A stretch of 64,000 bases of DNA, taken from contig JAZTYJ010000017.1 in assembly GCA_045636865.1 (NCBI GenBank), positions 5,253 to 69,252 of the forward strand, read 5' to 3'. The notes below the pieces were generated by a model. The model was not told where the DNA came from. It made no database searches and saw only the letters and a list, made by a program, of their open reading frames with translations. Made by a program: the position numbers and the translations under genes. Positions 35,815 to 45,589 of this stretch are shown piece by piece. The DNA comes from Eubacteriales bacterium (lineage in GTDB: Bacteria; Bacillota; Clostridia; Oscillospirales; JAAYXM01). Numbering within the stretch: position 1 is the stretch's first letter; the number at the start of each line of letters is the position of its first letter.

Positions 35815-38172
35815 TTAAGCCTTGACTTCAATCATTTCGTACGCCTCGATGACGTCGCCTTCCTTGATGTCGTTGTAGTTTTCTACGCTGAGACCGCATT
35901 CATAGCCTGATGCAACTTCCTTCGCATCGTCTTTAAATCTCTTGAGAGAAGCAAGCTCACCCTCGAAAATAACGATGTTTTCGCGGAGAACGCGGATCTT
36001 TGCGTTTCTGACAATCTTACCGTCAGTAACGTGGCAACCTGCGATTGTGCCGACCTTTGAAACCTTGAAGGTCTGGCGGATTTCGGCATGACCGAGAACC
36101 TCTTCGCGGAAGGTCGGGGCAAGAAGTCCCTTCATAGCTGCTTCGATTTCTTCGATGCAGTCATAAATTATGCGGTAAAGTCGGATGTCTGTTCCCGAAA
36201 CTGCGGCACTGTCGCGTGCACCTGAGTCGGGACGGACGTTAAATCCGACAACAATAGCATTTGAAGCTGATGCAAGAAGTATGTCTGATTCGTTGATTCC
36301 GCCGACGCCTGCGTGGATAACGCGGACGCGGACTTCGTCGTTTGAAAGCTTTTCGAGAGAAGCCTTGACCGCTTCTGCAGAACCCTTAACGTCAGCTTTT
36401 ACGATAATCGGGAGTTCCTTGATTTCGCCCTGCTGAATCTGATCAAAGAGGTCCTCAAGTGAAACCTTCTTCGCGGCAGATTTGTTAATTTCGTCTTTTT
36501 CTGTCTGTTTTCTCTGCTCAACAAGCTCTCTTGCCATACGCTCATCGTCAACAGCATAGAAGATGTCGCCTGCGTTCGGAACTTCAGAAAGACCGATAAT
36601 CTCAACCGGAACAGACGGACCTGCAGTCTTTATCTTTCTGCCCTTGTCGTCAGTCATCGCACGGATGCGACCGACGCTTGTGCCCGCGATGATGACATCG
36701 CCTGCGTTGAGTGTTCCGTTTGAAACGAGAAGCGTTGCAACAGGACCGCGGCCACGGTCGAGCTTTGCTTCAACAACAGTACCCTTTGCGCTTCTGTTCG
36801 GGTTTGCCTTGAGGTCGAGAAGGTCAGCCGTGAGGATAACCATCTCAAGAAGCTCATCGATACCCTGACCAAGCTTTGCGGAAATCGGGCAGATAACGGT
36901 GCTTCCGCCCCATTCCTCGGCAACGAGTTCATGCTCTGTGAGCTGCTGCTTGATGCGGTCGGGGTTTGCGCCCTCTGCGTCCATCTTGTTGATAGCAACA
37001 ACAATGGGAACGCCTGCTGCCTTTGCGTGATTTATAGCCTCTATCGTCTGCGGCATGATACCGTCGTCAGCCGCAACAACGAGGATGACAACGTCTGTAA
37101 CCTGAGCTCCGCGTGCGCGCATTGAAGTAAATGCTTCGTGACCCGGAGTGTCGAGGAATGTTATCTTTCTGCCGTTTACGTCTACGCGATAAGCACCGAT
37201 GTGCTGTGTGATACCACCGGCCTCACCTGATGCGACGTTTGTTTTTCTGATAGCGTCGAGAAGTGATGTTTTACCGTGGTCAACGTGTCCCATAACTACG
37301 ACAACCGGATCTCTTGAGAGGAGATCTTCTTCGCGGTCAACACTCTCGTCGATGAGCTTATCCTCGATGGTAACGATGATTTCCTTTTCTACCTTTGCGC
37401 CCATTTCGAGTGCAACGATAGCGGCGGTATCATAATCGATAACGTCTGAAACCGATGCCATAACGCCGAGCTTTATAAGCTGCTTTACGACGTCTGCACC
37501 CGTTCTCTTCATGCGGGATGCAAGCTCACCTACTGAAATTTCGTCGGGAATCATAACTGTAACCTGAGGCTTCTTCTGAACCTGTGCCTCAAGCTTTTTC
37601 ATTTTATCCTGCTCCTCCTGACGGCGCTTTGTGCCAAAGTTCTGCTGCTTGCGGTCGGGAGACTTCTTTATTTTCTGCTTCATTGAGCCCATATCCCTTA
37701 CGCTGTCGGGAACGAGGCTGTCAACGCGGTCATCGTACTTTGAAAGGTCAACGCTGCCGCCGCGAGTATCGATGACGTGAGTCTGGACCCCCTTCTTGGT
37801 AGCAACTGACGCACCGCCGTCTGTCTTGACTTCCTGCTTCGGAGCCTCCGGCTTCTTTTCTGCTTTTGCGGGAGCATCTTTTTTGGCTTCCTTTTTCTTC
37901 GGTGCAGCATCAGCCGGTTTTTCGTCCTTTTTCTCATCTGCCGGCTTCTTTTCTTCCTCATGGTAGACGTCAGCCATAAGGCTTTCAAAGCTCTCAACCT
38001 GATTTTTTGCGGTGAGAACGTCGAAAATTATATTGAGCTCCTCGTCTGTGAGAGCCTGCATATTTGATTTGGGAGTTTCTGAATATTTTGTGAGAATTTC
38101 CGTAATTACCTTCGATGTGACCTCAAAGTCCTTCGCGATATCACGGACTCTGTATTTCTGTACACTGCTCAT
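35815..38172 (-). CDS. infB: Translation initiation factor IF-2
   Basis: It has a Lys/Glu/Pro-rich N-region, a GTPase domain ([21 protein letters not shown]) and a C-terminal IF2 domain. ATG at 38172 follows a GGAGGTG RBS. Confidence 0.96.
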   Translation of the reverse strand: MSSVQKYRVRDIAKDFEVTSKVITEILTKYSETPKSNMQALTDEELNIIFDVLTAKNQVESFESLMADVYHEEEKKPADEKKDEKPADAAPKKKEAKKDAPAKAEKKPEAPKQEVKTDGGASVATKKGVQTHVIDTRGGSVDLSKYDDRVDSLVPDSVRDMGSMKQKIKKSPDRKQQNFGTKRRQEEQDKMKKLEAQVQKKPQVTVMIPDEISVGELASRMKRTGADVVKQLIKLGVMASVSDVIDYDTAAIVALEMGAKVEKEIIVTIEDKLIDESVDREEDLLSRDPVVVVMGHVDHGKTSLLDAIRKTNVASGEAGGITQHIGAYRVDVNGRKITFLDTPGHEAFTSMRARGAQVTDVVILVVAADDGIMPQTIEAINHAKAAGVPIVVAINKMDAEGANPDRIKQQLTEHELVAEEWGGSTVICPISAKLGQGIDELLEMVILTADLLDLKANPNRSAKGTVVEAKLDRGRGPVATLLVSNGTLNAGDVIIAGTSVGRIRAMTDDKGRKIKTAGPSVPVEIIGLSEVPNAGDIFYAVDDERMARELVEQRKQTEKDEINKSAAKKVSLEDLFDQIQQGEIKELPIIVKADVKGSAEAVKASLEKLSNDEVRVRVIHAGVGGINESDILLASASNAIVVGFNVRPDSGARDSAAVSGTDIRLYRIIYDCIEEIEAAMKGLLAPTFREEVLGHAEIRQTFKVSKVGTIAGCHVTDGKIVRNAKIRVLRENIVIFEGELASLKRFKDDAKEVASGYECGLSVENYNDIKEGDVIEAYEMIEVKA

Positions 38173-38214
38173 ACAGTATTCCACCTCCGATTGAAATTAG
38201 TATCTGACGATATG

Positions 38215-38604
38215 TTATTTATGTTTCTTTTTTGATCTTGATGCAACTCTTGCGGCCTTTTTCTCAGCTTTTGGAAGCGCATTTTTTGCATCCTCGTTTG
38301 TATCCGCAAGCTTCTTTATGATAGCCGCCGCAAAACCGGTATTGCAAACTGCGCAAACCGCTATCGGACGTTTGCCGAGCGCGTTTCCGATTTCTGCACG
38401 CGTTTCGGAAACGGTTATACACGGGATGCCTGCGCTCTCTGCAACAAACTCAAAGGTTTCGCGTGTGCGGGGGGAAGCCTCCTCCGAAATAATGAGGAGA
38501 CGGGCAAGAGATGCGTTGCAGGCTGCCCTTGCGGCATCATCGCCCATTTCCACTTTGCCTGCGCGCCTTGCAAGACCTAAAAGACCGAGATATGAACTGC
38601 TCAT
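38215..38604 (-). CDS. L7Ae-family RNA-binding protein (YlxQ-like) with Lys-rich tail
   Basis: It has an L7Ae/L30e-like core (GLARRAGKV...LLIISEEASP). It holds the conserved position between ylxR and infB. Confidence 0.8.
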   Translation of the reverse strand: MSSSYLGLLGLARRAGKVEMGDDAARAACNASLARLLIISEEASPRTRETFEFVAESAGIPCITVSETRAEIGNALGKRPIAVCAVCNTGFAAAIIKKLADTNEDAKNALPKAEKKAARVASRSKKKHK

Positions 38605-38607
38605 ATT

Positions 38608-38877
38608 CTAAACCTCCGAAAGCTCGGAGATGAGCGTGTCATAGAGTTCATCATCTATCTTCTGCCCGAAAGCACGGTCAAGTGCGTGAGCTTTTTTTGC
38701 AAGCCTAAGGCAGGCTTCACTTTTGCAGATATATGCACCGCGCCCCGGCTTTTTGCCGTCAAAATCGAGGGAAATCTCGCCCTCTTTTGAACGCGTTATG
38801 CGCACGAGCGCGTCTTTTTCAAGCATTTGTCTGCACGCAATACACATTCGCTGCGGAATTTTCTTTTCCTTTGCCAT
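38608..38877 (-). CDS. ylxR: YlxR-family (DUF448) RNA-binding protein
   Basis: PQRMCIACRQ and GRGAYIC motifs are present. It lies directly after nusA. Confidence 0.9.
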   Translation of the reverse strand: MAKEKKIPQRMCIACRQMLEKDALVRITRSKEGEISLDFDGKKPGRGAYICKSEACLRLAKKAHALDRAFGQKIDDELYDTLISELSEV

Positions 38878-38906
38878 ATATCTTATTCCGTCCTTAAAAG
38901 CTTTTA

Positions 38907-39959
38907 TCAGATGCTGCTTGCCGGCTTGATATCAATCTTATATCCGGTGAGCTTTGCGGCAAGGCGTGCATTCTGACCGTCTTTTCCGATTGCGAGAGAA
39001 AGCTGGTCATCATCGACGATTACGCGGCATGAGCGTGCTTCCTCGTCTGCGCTGACAGAGATAACGTTTGCCGGAGCGAGAGCTGCCGCAACAAATTCGC
39101 TGATGTCGTCTGAGTATTTGACAATATCAATCTTCTCACCGCAGATTTCGTCAACAACTGCAGCCACGCGGCTACCGTGCGGACCGACGCATGCGCCGAT
39201 GGGATCAACGTTTGCATCATTTGCTGAAACTGCGATTTTTGTTCTTGAGCCGGCTTCACGTGCAACGCTTCTGATTTCAACCGTGCCGTCGTGAATTTCC
39301 GGGACCTCGATTTCAAAAAGACGGCGGACAAGACCGGGGTGAGTTCTTGAGATGATAATCTGCGGTCCGCGGTCTGAACGCTTTACTTCGACAACATAAA
39401 TCTTTACGCGGTCACCCTCACGGAGAACTTCACCGGGAATCTGTTCCTTTGCACCGAGGTAGATTTCTGTTTTTTCGTTGGCACCCATAATCTCGATTGA
39501 CGCGCCGCCGCTTTTCGGGTCGGTGCGGGTAACAAGAGCTGTTAAAAGCTCGTGCTCCTTTGAGCTGAATTTGCGGTAGACAACGCCGCGCTCAGCCTCT
39601 CGGATGCCCTGGATGATAACCTGCTTTGCAGTCTGTGCGGCAATTCTGCCGAAGTCGCGTGTTTTCACTTCAACGTTAACGATGTCGCCGACACCGCTTT
39701 TCTTTGAAATCTTCTTTGCATCGTCAAGTGCGATTTCCTCTGCCGGATTTTCGACAGCATCAACAACCGTCTTCCTGACGTACATACGGATTTCCTTCTT
39801 TTCACGGTCAGGCTCTACGAATACGTTTTCAACGTTGCCTGCATTGTCGCGCTTATATGCGGCAAGAAGTGCCTGTGAAACACGGTCGAGCATATAATCC
39901 TGCGGAATGCCTTTTTCAGCTTCGAGCTGCGCGATGGCAGCAAAAAATTCTGCGTTCAT
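38907..39959 (-). CDS. nusA: Transcription termination/antitermination factor NusA
   Basis: It has the N-terminal domain, an S1 domain and two KH domains (IGACVGPHGSRV, AIGKDGQNARLA). Confidence 0.96.
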   Translation of the reverse strand: MNAEFFAAIAQLEAEKGIPQDYMLDRVSQALLAAYKRDNAGNVENVFVEPDREKKEIRMYVRKTVVDAVENPAEEIALDDAKKISKKSGVGDIVNVEVKTRDFGRIAAQTAKQVIIQGIREAERGVVYRKFSSKEHELLTALVTRTDPKSGGASIEIMGANEKTEIYLGAKEQIPGEVLREGDRVKIYVVEVKRSDRGPQIIISRTHPGLVRRLFEIEVPEIHDGTVEIRSVAREAGSRTKIAVSANDANVDPIGACVGPHGSRVAAVVDEICGEKIDIVKYSDDISEFVAAALAPANVISVSADEEARSCRVIVDDDQLSLAIGKDGQNARLAAKLTGYKIDIKPASSI

Positions 39960-39996
39960 TTTTTAATCGTCCCCTTTTCTGATATTTATATATAAG

Positions 39997-40452
39997 TTAA
40001 AATTCTACACGCAATCTTACAGATGCGATTTCTTTCTTCTCAAACAAGATGTCTTCATCATCGATTGAAAGTGTAACATTTCCATCTGCATATGAAGAAA
40101 GGTTTCCTTCAAATTCCTTCTTTCCGTTTTTGGGAGAGAAGGTCTTGAGAGTTATGGGAGAGCCCATATATCTCTCAAAGTCAGACGGACGTGAAAGCCG
40201 TCTTTCAAGCCCTGCGCTTGACACCTCAAAGATGTATGAATCGGGAATCGGGTCAGCATCGTCGAGAATTTTGTCAAATGCCCGTGAGAAGCTTTCGCAG
40301 TCGTTTATTGAAACGCCGCCTTCCTTGTCAATATAGACGCGGAGATATCTCTCACCGCCCTCTTTGACGTAGTCAACATCCCATATTTCAAGACCGAGAC
40401 CTTCGGCAACGGGAAGCGCGAGCTTTGTTACAACATCAGTAATCTTATTCAA
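39997..40452 (-). CDS. rimP: Ribosome maturation factor RimP
   Basis: The protein is 151 aa with LRVYIDKEGGVSINDCE and a C-terminal Sm-like domain. It uses a TTG start after an AAGGGGTG RBS. Confidence 0.9.
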   Translation of the reverse strand: MNKITDVVTKLALPVAEGLGLEIWDVDYVKEGGERYLRVYIDKEGGVSINDCESFSRAFDKILDDADPIPDSYIFEVSSAGLERRLSRPSDFERYMGSPITLKTFSPKNGKKEFEGNLSSYADGNVTLSIDDEDILFEKKEIASVRLRVEF

Positions 40453-40475
40453 AAAAACACCCCTTACAAGTAATA

Positions 40476-40557
40476 CGAGAGTGGACGGTTGCGTCCACTC
40501 TCGATTCCTACTTTCTTACTTTACGGTTAGTATACCACATATAACTTTAAAATGCAA
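40476..40557 (-). promoter_or_regulatory. Promoter plus leader hairpin of the rimP-nusA-infB operon
   Basis: On the minus strand: TTGCAT (40557-40552), 17-nt spacer, TATACT (40534-40529). A leader hairpin CGAGAGTGGACG-caac-CGTCCACTCTCG follows at 40503-40476. Confidence 0.55.
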
Positions 40558-40575
40558 GTTTTTTTATTAAAAAGT

Positions 40576-42069
40576 TTAGTTTTTAACAAAATCAATGTAG
40601 CTTGAGTCGATAGCCTTTGCTTTTTTGTCTGATTTTGCGTATTCTCTTGCAAGAGATAATGCCTTGTCAAGCTGAGTGTCCTCAACTATGTACTGCTCCT
40701 CAAGTGCCTTTGTTGATTCATCTATCTTCAGGAGAAGCTCCCAGCTGCATGAAGAAGAAATCTTCTGAAGGTCGTTATATCTGCAGTACATATTTACGGC
40801 AAATACCGTTCTCTCATCCCATACATTGTCGGGAGTGCCGTAGAAGTAGCCGAGAAGAGAAAGTCTTTCCTCAAGAGCCTTTACGTTTGCGGTTTTTATC
40901 TTGCTTGCAATTGACTTGTACTTAAGCGGTGTAAGCTGCGGAAGCTTATAAGGTGTTTTCTTGAGATCAACCTTGTAGTCGGGAATGATTCCGATTTGGT
41001 CATAGCTGCCGTTTACGGGAAGCTTAAGGTCAACAACAGAAACAACGGCCTCATCGCCCGTGCTTGTTTCTATATGACGCTGTCCCATGCCCTTGCCTAC
41101 GGTTGTTTTACCGACGACAACGGCATATCCGAGCTCCTGCATTGAGCCTGCAAGGACTTCTGATGCAGATGCGGAGTTTTCGTTTACAAGGATAACGAAT
41201 TTGTTGAACTCCCAGCCATAACCTTCGGATTCAAACAAAGTGAGCTTGAGCGGGTGTGCCTGCCATGTCATGAGATAGGGGACTTCTTCGGGGAAGATGT
41301 TGTCAACCATATTGATGAGGCAGTCGAGTGAGCCGCCGCGGTTGTTGCGAAGGTCAAGGACGATGGTGTTGACTCCCGAATCCCTGAAGTTGTGATATGC
41401 TTCAATAAAGTCGATGAAGGTGGTAAGCCCCTCAAACTGAGCTATCTTCATATATCCGATTTTCTCGTCGATTATCTCTGTGCTGACATCAGAGAGTGCG
41501 ATAACCGCGCGCTTTACGAGAACAGTTCGCTGTTCAGTGCCGCGGATAAATCCAATTTTTACGGTAGTTCCCGCCGTTCCGCGGATTGCAAGAGCTGCTT
41601 CAGACGGAGCAAAGCCGCGCACGTTGATATCGTCTACCGAGACGATTTTGTCACCGGGGAGAAGACCTGCAAGATCGGCAGGACCTCCATTTGTAACGCT
41701 GCTTATCTCAAGAACGTTTTCGTCGAGGTTCATGCTCACGACAACGCCGATGCCGACCATTACGTTTGTGTTGCCGTATGCTGCTTCATACGTTGTCGGT
41801 TCAAGATAGTGAGAGTAGCGGTCGTTCTTCTCGTAGATCTTGTTCATAAAATCATAGAAGAAGTCCGGGTTTTCTTCAAAGCTTGCAATGAGAGCGTCTC
41901 TGATATAGTCCGTATCCTCATTGCCGAAGAGACTGTAGTTCTTGTAGATGGAAAGTGCTTCGTCGAGTTTTGCGCCATAGTCGATTTCCTCTGCGGCAAG
42001 GGCACAGACAGAAAGTGCAAGTGTGAGAGCGAGTATGAGTGCAACTTTTCTGATATGAGACTTTTTCAT
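40576..42069 (-). CDS. S41 family peptidase with C-terminal peptidoglycan-binding domain
   Basis: It has a signal peptide (MKKSHIRKVALILALTLALSVCALA), a PDZ domain, an S41 core (LDLRNNRGG, SASASEVLAG, GKTTVGKG) and a PGBD-like repeat (LEERLSLLGYFYG). Confidence 0.85.
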   Translation of the reverse strand: MKKSHIRKVALILALTLALSVCALAAEEIDYGAKLDEALSIYKNYSLFGNEDTDYIRDALIASFEENPDFFYDFMNKIYEKNDRYSHYLEPTTYEAAYGNTNVMVGIGVVVSMNLDENVLEISSVTNGGPADLAGLLPGDKIVSVDDINVRGFAPSEAALAIRGTAGTTVKIGFIRGTEQRTVLVKRAVIALSDVSTEIIDEKIGYMKIAQFEGLTTFIDFIEAYHNFRDSGVNTIVLDLRNNRGGSLDCLINMVDNIFPEEVPYLMTWQAHPLKLTLFESEGYGWEFNKFVILVNENSASASEVLAGSMQELGYAVVVGKTTVGKGMGQRHIETSTGDEAVVSVVDLKLPVNGSYDQIGIIPDYKVDLKKTPYKLPQLTPLKYKSIASKIKTANVKALEERLSLLGYFYGTPDNVWDERTVFAVNMYCRYNDLQKISSSCSWELLLKIDESTKALEEQYIVEDTQLDKALSLAREYAKSDKKAKAIDSSYIDFVKN

Positions 42070-42094
42070 AAATTTATCCTCCGTAAAAGTTATA

Positions 42095-42532
42095 CTAATT
42101 TGAAACACCGGCTGTGCGGATATTCATATAAAGCACGTTTTCTCCGGCAACGGCGTTGTTTATTTCCATAGAGTAGTCGATTCTGAGCTTGCCACCCGAC
42201 TCCGAAAGGGTTTTATCTATCTTTCTTGTGTTTATTCCCACAGTGAGCGAGCCAAAACCCATATCGTAATATGAGATGTGCTTCTGACCTTCCTCAAAAA
42301 TCATATGTGTTTCAAGCTCACCGAAGCGGATGACGGTGACTTTGCCTTTTTCAACCTTTACCGTGGTGGTGGTATCTCCGAGCCCCGTGAGCTCGCTTTC
42401 TTTATATTTTATATAGTAGTTTCCGTTTTTTTCATAAAAGCTGCCGCTTGTAACGAGCTCAACGTTGCCGTCTTCTTCGACCTCGTCGAAATTCTGCAGT
42501 CCTTTTATGGTGATAATGACGTCTTTTTTCAT
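42095..42532 (-). CDS. DUF1934 (YwiB-like) beta-barrel protein
   Basis: The start is MKKDVIITIKG at ATG 42532. The size and sequence pattern fit the DUF1934 family. The upstream track extension overlaps murI. Confidence 0.75.
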   Translation of the reverse strand: MKKDVIITIKGLQNFDEVEEDGNVELVTSGSFYEKNGNYYIKYKESELTGLGDTTTTVKVEKGKVTVIRFGELETHMIFEEGQKHISYYDMGFGSLTVGINTRKIDKTLSESGGKLRIDYSMEINNAVAGENVLYMNIRTAGVSN

Positions 42533-42555
42533 TTTTCCTCCTTGGCAGATATCGG

Positions 42556-43359
42556 CTATTTGCCTACAAATACCTTCTTGACCTCGCCGCAAAGGGACGC
42601 GCCGAGAAATGCCGATGCGTGCCTTGAGAAGCTCTCGGCATCGTCTGAAACGAAGAATCTGTGTCTGCCGCACTCTGCGGTGTTTTTCTCAATGTCGTCG
42701 TTGGCCCTGAGGAGCTTTGCCGCCTCAAGACCGGGGTTTATGAGAGTTATGGAATCTCCCGTGAAACTTCTTATCGCGTCTTCAATTATGGGATAGTGTG
42801 TGCAACCGAGAATGAGTGTGTCGATTCCCGAATCCTTAAGCGGCGAAATGTATTCGCGGATCATCGTCATAATAACGACGTCATCGGGGCTTGTTCTTCC
42901 GTTTTCAACGAGGGGAACAAAAAGCGGACACGGAGCCGCAAAAATTTCCGTGTCGGGCAAGAGATTCATAATCTCACGCTCATAAGAACGGCTTCTGATG
43001 GTTGCTGATGTGCCGATTATGCCGATTTTTTTGTTTTCGGTTGCGCGCACAGCGGCAACAGCCGCAGGCTGCACAACACCAAACATCGGTATATCGTAGT
43101 CCTTCTCAATTTTCGGAAGCGATACGGAGCTTACCGTACCGCAGGCGATTATTATTGCCTTTGTATCATAGGAGAGGAGAAAGTCAACATCCTCGCGGGC
43201 ATAGCGCGTAATGGTTTCCTCGGAGCGTGTGCCATACGGCACGCGTGCGGTATCGCCGAGGTAGACGATGTCCTCACCCGGAAGAAGGCGCATGATTTCA
43301 GATACTGCGGTGAGCCCGCCGAGTCCCGAATCGAAAACGCCTATCGGACGCTTATCCAT
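42556..43359 (-). CDS. murI: Glutamate racemase
   Basis: PIGVFDSGLGGLT, ACGT and LGCTHYP motifs are present. Confidence 0.95.
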   Translation of the reverse strand: MDKRPIGVFDSGLGGLTAVSEIMRLLPGEDIVYLGDTARVPYGTRSEETITRYAREDVDFLLSYDTKAIIIACGTVSSVSLPKIEKDYDIPMFGVVQPAAVAAVRATENKKIGIIGTSATIRSRSYEREIMNLLPDTEIFAAPCPLFVPLVENGRTSPDDVVIMTMIREYISPLKDSGIDTLILGCTHYPIIEDAIRSFTGDSITLINPGLEAAKLLRANDDIEKNTAECGRHRFFVSDDAESFSRHASAFLGASLCGEVKKVFVGK

Positions 43360-43362
43360 AAC

Positions 43363-44424
43363 TTATCTTTCCTTTCTCTCAAGTGCGAAAGATATGATTC
43401 TGTCAAGCAGATCTGAAAACTCTATTCCGCAGGCGGCAAAGAGTTTTGAATACATGCTGATGCTCGTAAAACCGGGGATGGTGTTTATTTCATTGAAGAT
43501 TATCTTTCCCGTTTCCTTGTGGATGAAGAAGTCAACCCTCGAGAGTCCCGAGCAGGAAAGGGCGTGGTAAATCTTCTTTGCATATCCGCGGATTTCTTCG
43601 GAAATCTCTTCCGGAAGATCTGCGGGAATAACTGTCTTTGAAGCAGAATCGAGATATTTTGATTCGTAAGAATAAGTCTCGGTAGCGGAGAGAACCTCAC
43701 CGCAGACAGAGACGATTGCATCGTCGTTTCCCAGAACCGCGGTTTCAATTTCGCGTGCAGGGATAAATTCTTCAACGAGAGCCTTTCCGCCGTAAGAGAG
43801 CGCATTGGAAAGTTTTTCACGAAGCTCTTTCCGGTCTGATGCCTTTGCGGCACCGACAGACGAGCCTGTGCCCGTCGGCTTTACGAACACGGGATATGAA
43901 AACTTTTTCTCAACTTTCGAAATCACATCAGAACTCTCGAAATCGTGAGTCGTAACGCATATCCAGTCAGCCTGGGCAACTCCTGCAGAAGCGGCAACGA
44001 GCTTTGTGAGCGATTTGTCCATGCAAACTGCGCTCGATGCGGCACCCGGGCCGACACACGCGATTCCCGCAAGTTCGCACGCACCCTGAAGGCGTCCGTC
44101 TTCGGCATTTTCACCGTGCATAACGGGGAATATAACGTCGAGAGAAATCCACTCGTCTGTTTTAAAGACATAAAGCCCTGCACTCTTGCGGCTTGTAACG
44201 AGTGTACACTCAAACTTCGGTAGAGTCTGCCACTTATCAGCCTCAATGTCGGCGGGAGATACTTCGGGCAGATAATACCAGTCGCCATCGCGCGAGATTC
44301 CGACGATTGAAAGGTCATACTTTGAACGGTCAAGACCGGAAAGTACGCTCGCGGAAGAACGAAGGGAAATTTCATATTCACTTGATGCGCCGCCAAAGAG
44401 TACGGCAAGACGAGTTTTGCTCAT
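43363..44424 (-). CDS. ddl: D-alanine--D-alanine ligase
   Basis: LAVLFGGASSEYEISL, an ATP-grasp fold and EINTIPGFT are present. ATG at 44424 follows a GGAG RBS. Confidence 0.94.
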   Translation of the reverse strand: MSKTRLAVLFGGASSEYEISLRSSASVLSGLDRSKYDLSIVGISRDGDWYYLPEVSPADIEADKWQTLPKFECTLVTSRKSAGLYVFKTDEWISLDVIFPVMHGENAEDGRLQGACELAGIACVGPGAASSAVCMDKSLTKLVAASAGVAQADWICVTTHDFESSDVISKVEKKFSYPVFVKPTGTGSSVGAAKASDRKELREKLSNALSYGGKALVEEFIPAREIETAVLGNDDAIVSVCGEVLSATETYSYESKYLDSASKTVIPADLPEEISEEIRGYAKKIYHALSCSGLSRVDFFIHKETGKIIFNEINTIPGFTSISMYSKLFAACGIEFSDLLDRIISFALERKER

Positions 44425-44487
44425 AAAAAACAACTCCGATTCAGTTAATAAAATGCTAATTTATATTCAAAAAAACCAAAAAATATG

Positions 44488-45147
44488 TCAAAGGATAACG
44501 TATGCAAAAATTGAGATAAAGTGGCAGACGCTTCCACCCAGCGCAAAAAGGTGAAAGACGGAATGCATATACCTGACACGGCTTCCGATGCCGTAAAGAA
44601 CTGCGCCGACCGTGTAAAGGATGCCGCCGGCAAGCAGGAGTGAAACACCTTCGGATGGTACGGATGCGATGAGCGTTTTGACTGAAAAGATAACAGCCCA
44701 ACCCATAGCGATGTAGAGAATCATCGAAAGAACAGTTGACTTTTTAAGGCTTATTGCATTGAGGGTAATTCCCAAAGCTGCCGCTCCGACGATTACACCA
44801 AAAACCGTAAACCCAACGGGACCGCGCATTGAGACGAGTGTATACGGGATATAGGTGCCTGCAATGAGAAGAAATATGCTGCAATGGTCCAAGATTCTGA
44901 AAACGCGCTTTGCACGGTTTATGCCGAGCGCGTGGTAGATTGTCGAAACTGAATAAAGAATAATCATTGAAGAGCCGTAAAGCGCGCTGCTTACAATCTT
45001 CCAGGCGTCTCCGCTCTTTGCAGAAAAGACAACGCACAAAACGAGAACAACAATGCCAAAAACAGCACCACAGCCATGGGATATTGAATTTAAAAGCTCT
45101 TCGCCGAGAGTGTATTTCGGAATGCCGAGTCGTTCTCTTTTGTCCAT
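44488..45147 (-). CDS. Hemolysin III / PAQR family membrane protein
   Basis: It has seven predicted TM segments and PAQR motifs (NSISHGCG, STIYH, FRILDH, HLF). Confidence 0.85.
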   Translation of the reverse strand: MDKRERLGIPKYTLGEELLNSISHGCGAVFGIVVLVLCVVFSAKSGDAWKIVSSALYGSSMIILYSVSTIYHALGINRAKRVFRILDHCSIFLLIAGTYIPYTLVSMRGPVGFTVFGVIVGAAALGITLNAISLKKSTVLSMILYIAMGWAVIFSVKTLIASVPSEGVSLLLAGGILYTVGAVLYGIGSRVRYMHSVFHLFALGGSVCHFISIFAYVIL

Positions 45148-45245
45148 AAAGTACATCCCCTTTCAATTTTATATCATACCACTTTTTAAGTCAAATTACA
45201 ATGCATTTTTGATAACATACATATATAAAATATAATATAAAAAAC

Positions 45246-45274
45246 TTGACAGCAGTTTTTTGCGGTGGTATAAT
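45246..45274 (+). promoter_or_regulatory. Consensus sigma-70 promoter of the T-box operon
   Basis: TTGACA (45246-45251), 17-nt spacer, TATAAT (45269-45274). Confidence 0.7.
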
Positions 45275-45275
45275 T

Positions 45276-45549
45276 AGCACAAACCGTTGAGGAAGAGTAA
45301 GTAGGCTATGCCGATTTTCCCAAAGAGAGTCGCAGATGGTGTGATTGCGGCGGAGAATGCATAACTGAATGGGCTTCCGAGGGCAATCAGAAAGGTTTCC
45401 GAGTATGTGCGACGGAGTGTGGCTCTCCGTAAACAAAGGTCTGCATATGTTAGTATGCGTAAGTGGGCGCGAAAGCGTCAAGCCGGGTGGCACCGCAGGA
45501 TATGTTAATTCATCCTGTCCCAGCAAATTGTCATGGGACAGGATTTTTC
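45276..45549 (+). promoter_or_regulatory. T-box riboswitch leader, probable Trp (UGG) specifier
   Basis: Stem I elements are TGAGGAAGAGTAAGTA, AGAGAG and GGTGTGA. The specifier loop reads GAA-TGG-G at 45367-45373. The T-box sequence AGCCGGGTGGCACCGCAGG is at 45481-45499. The terminator ATCCTGTCCCA..TGGGACAGGATTTTT is at 45512-45549. Confidence 0.85.
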
Positions 45550-45589
45550 TCTGTTTTCCGTCCCTATCAAATTGAAAGGAGATTGCAAA

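Noticed and set aside
41392-42171. 259-aa plus-strand ORF
   Set aside because: It is antisense to the S41 peptidase/PGBD gene and has no motif or RBS.
42533-42673. N-terminal 47-aa extension of the DUF1934 ORF
   Set aside because: It overlaps the 3' end of murI in another frame. ATG at 42532 (MKKDV) gives the family-typical length.
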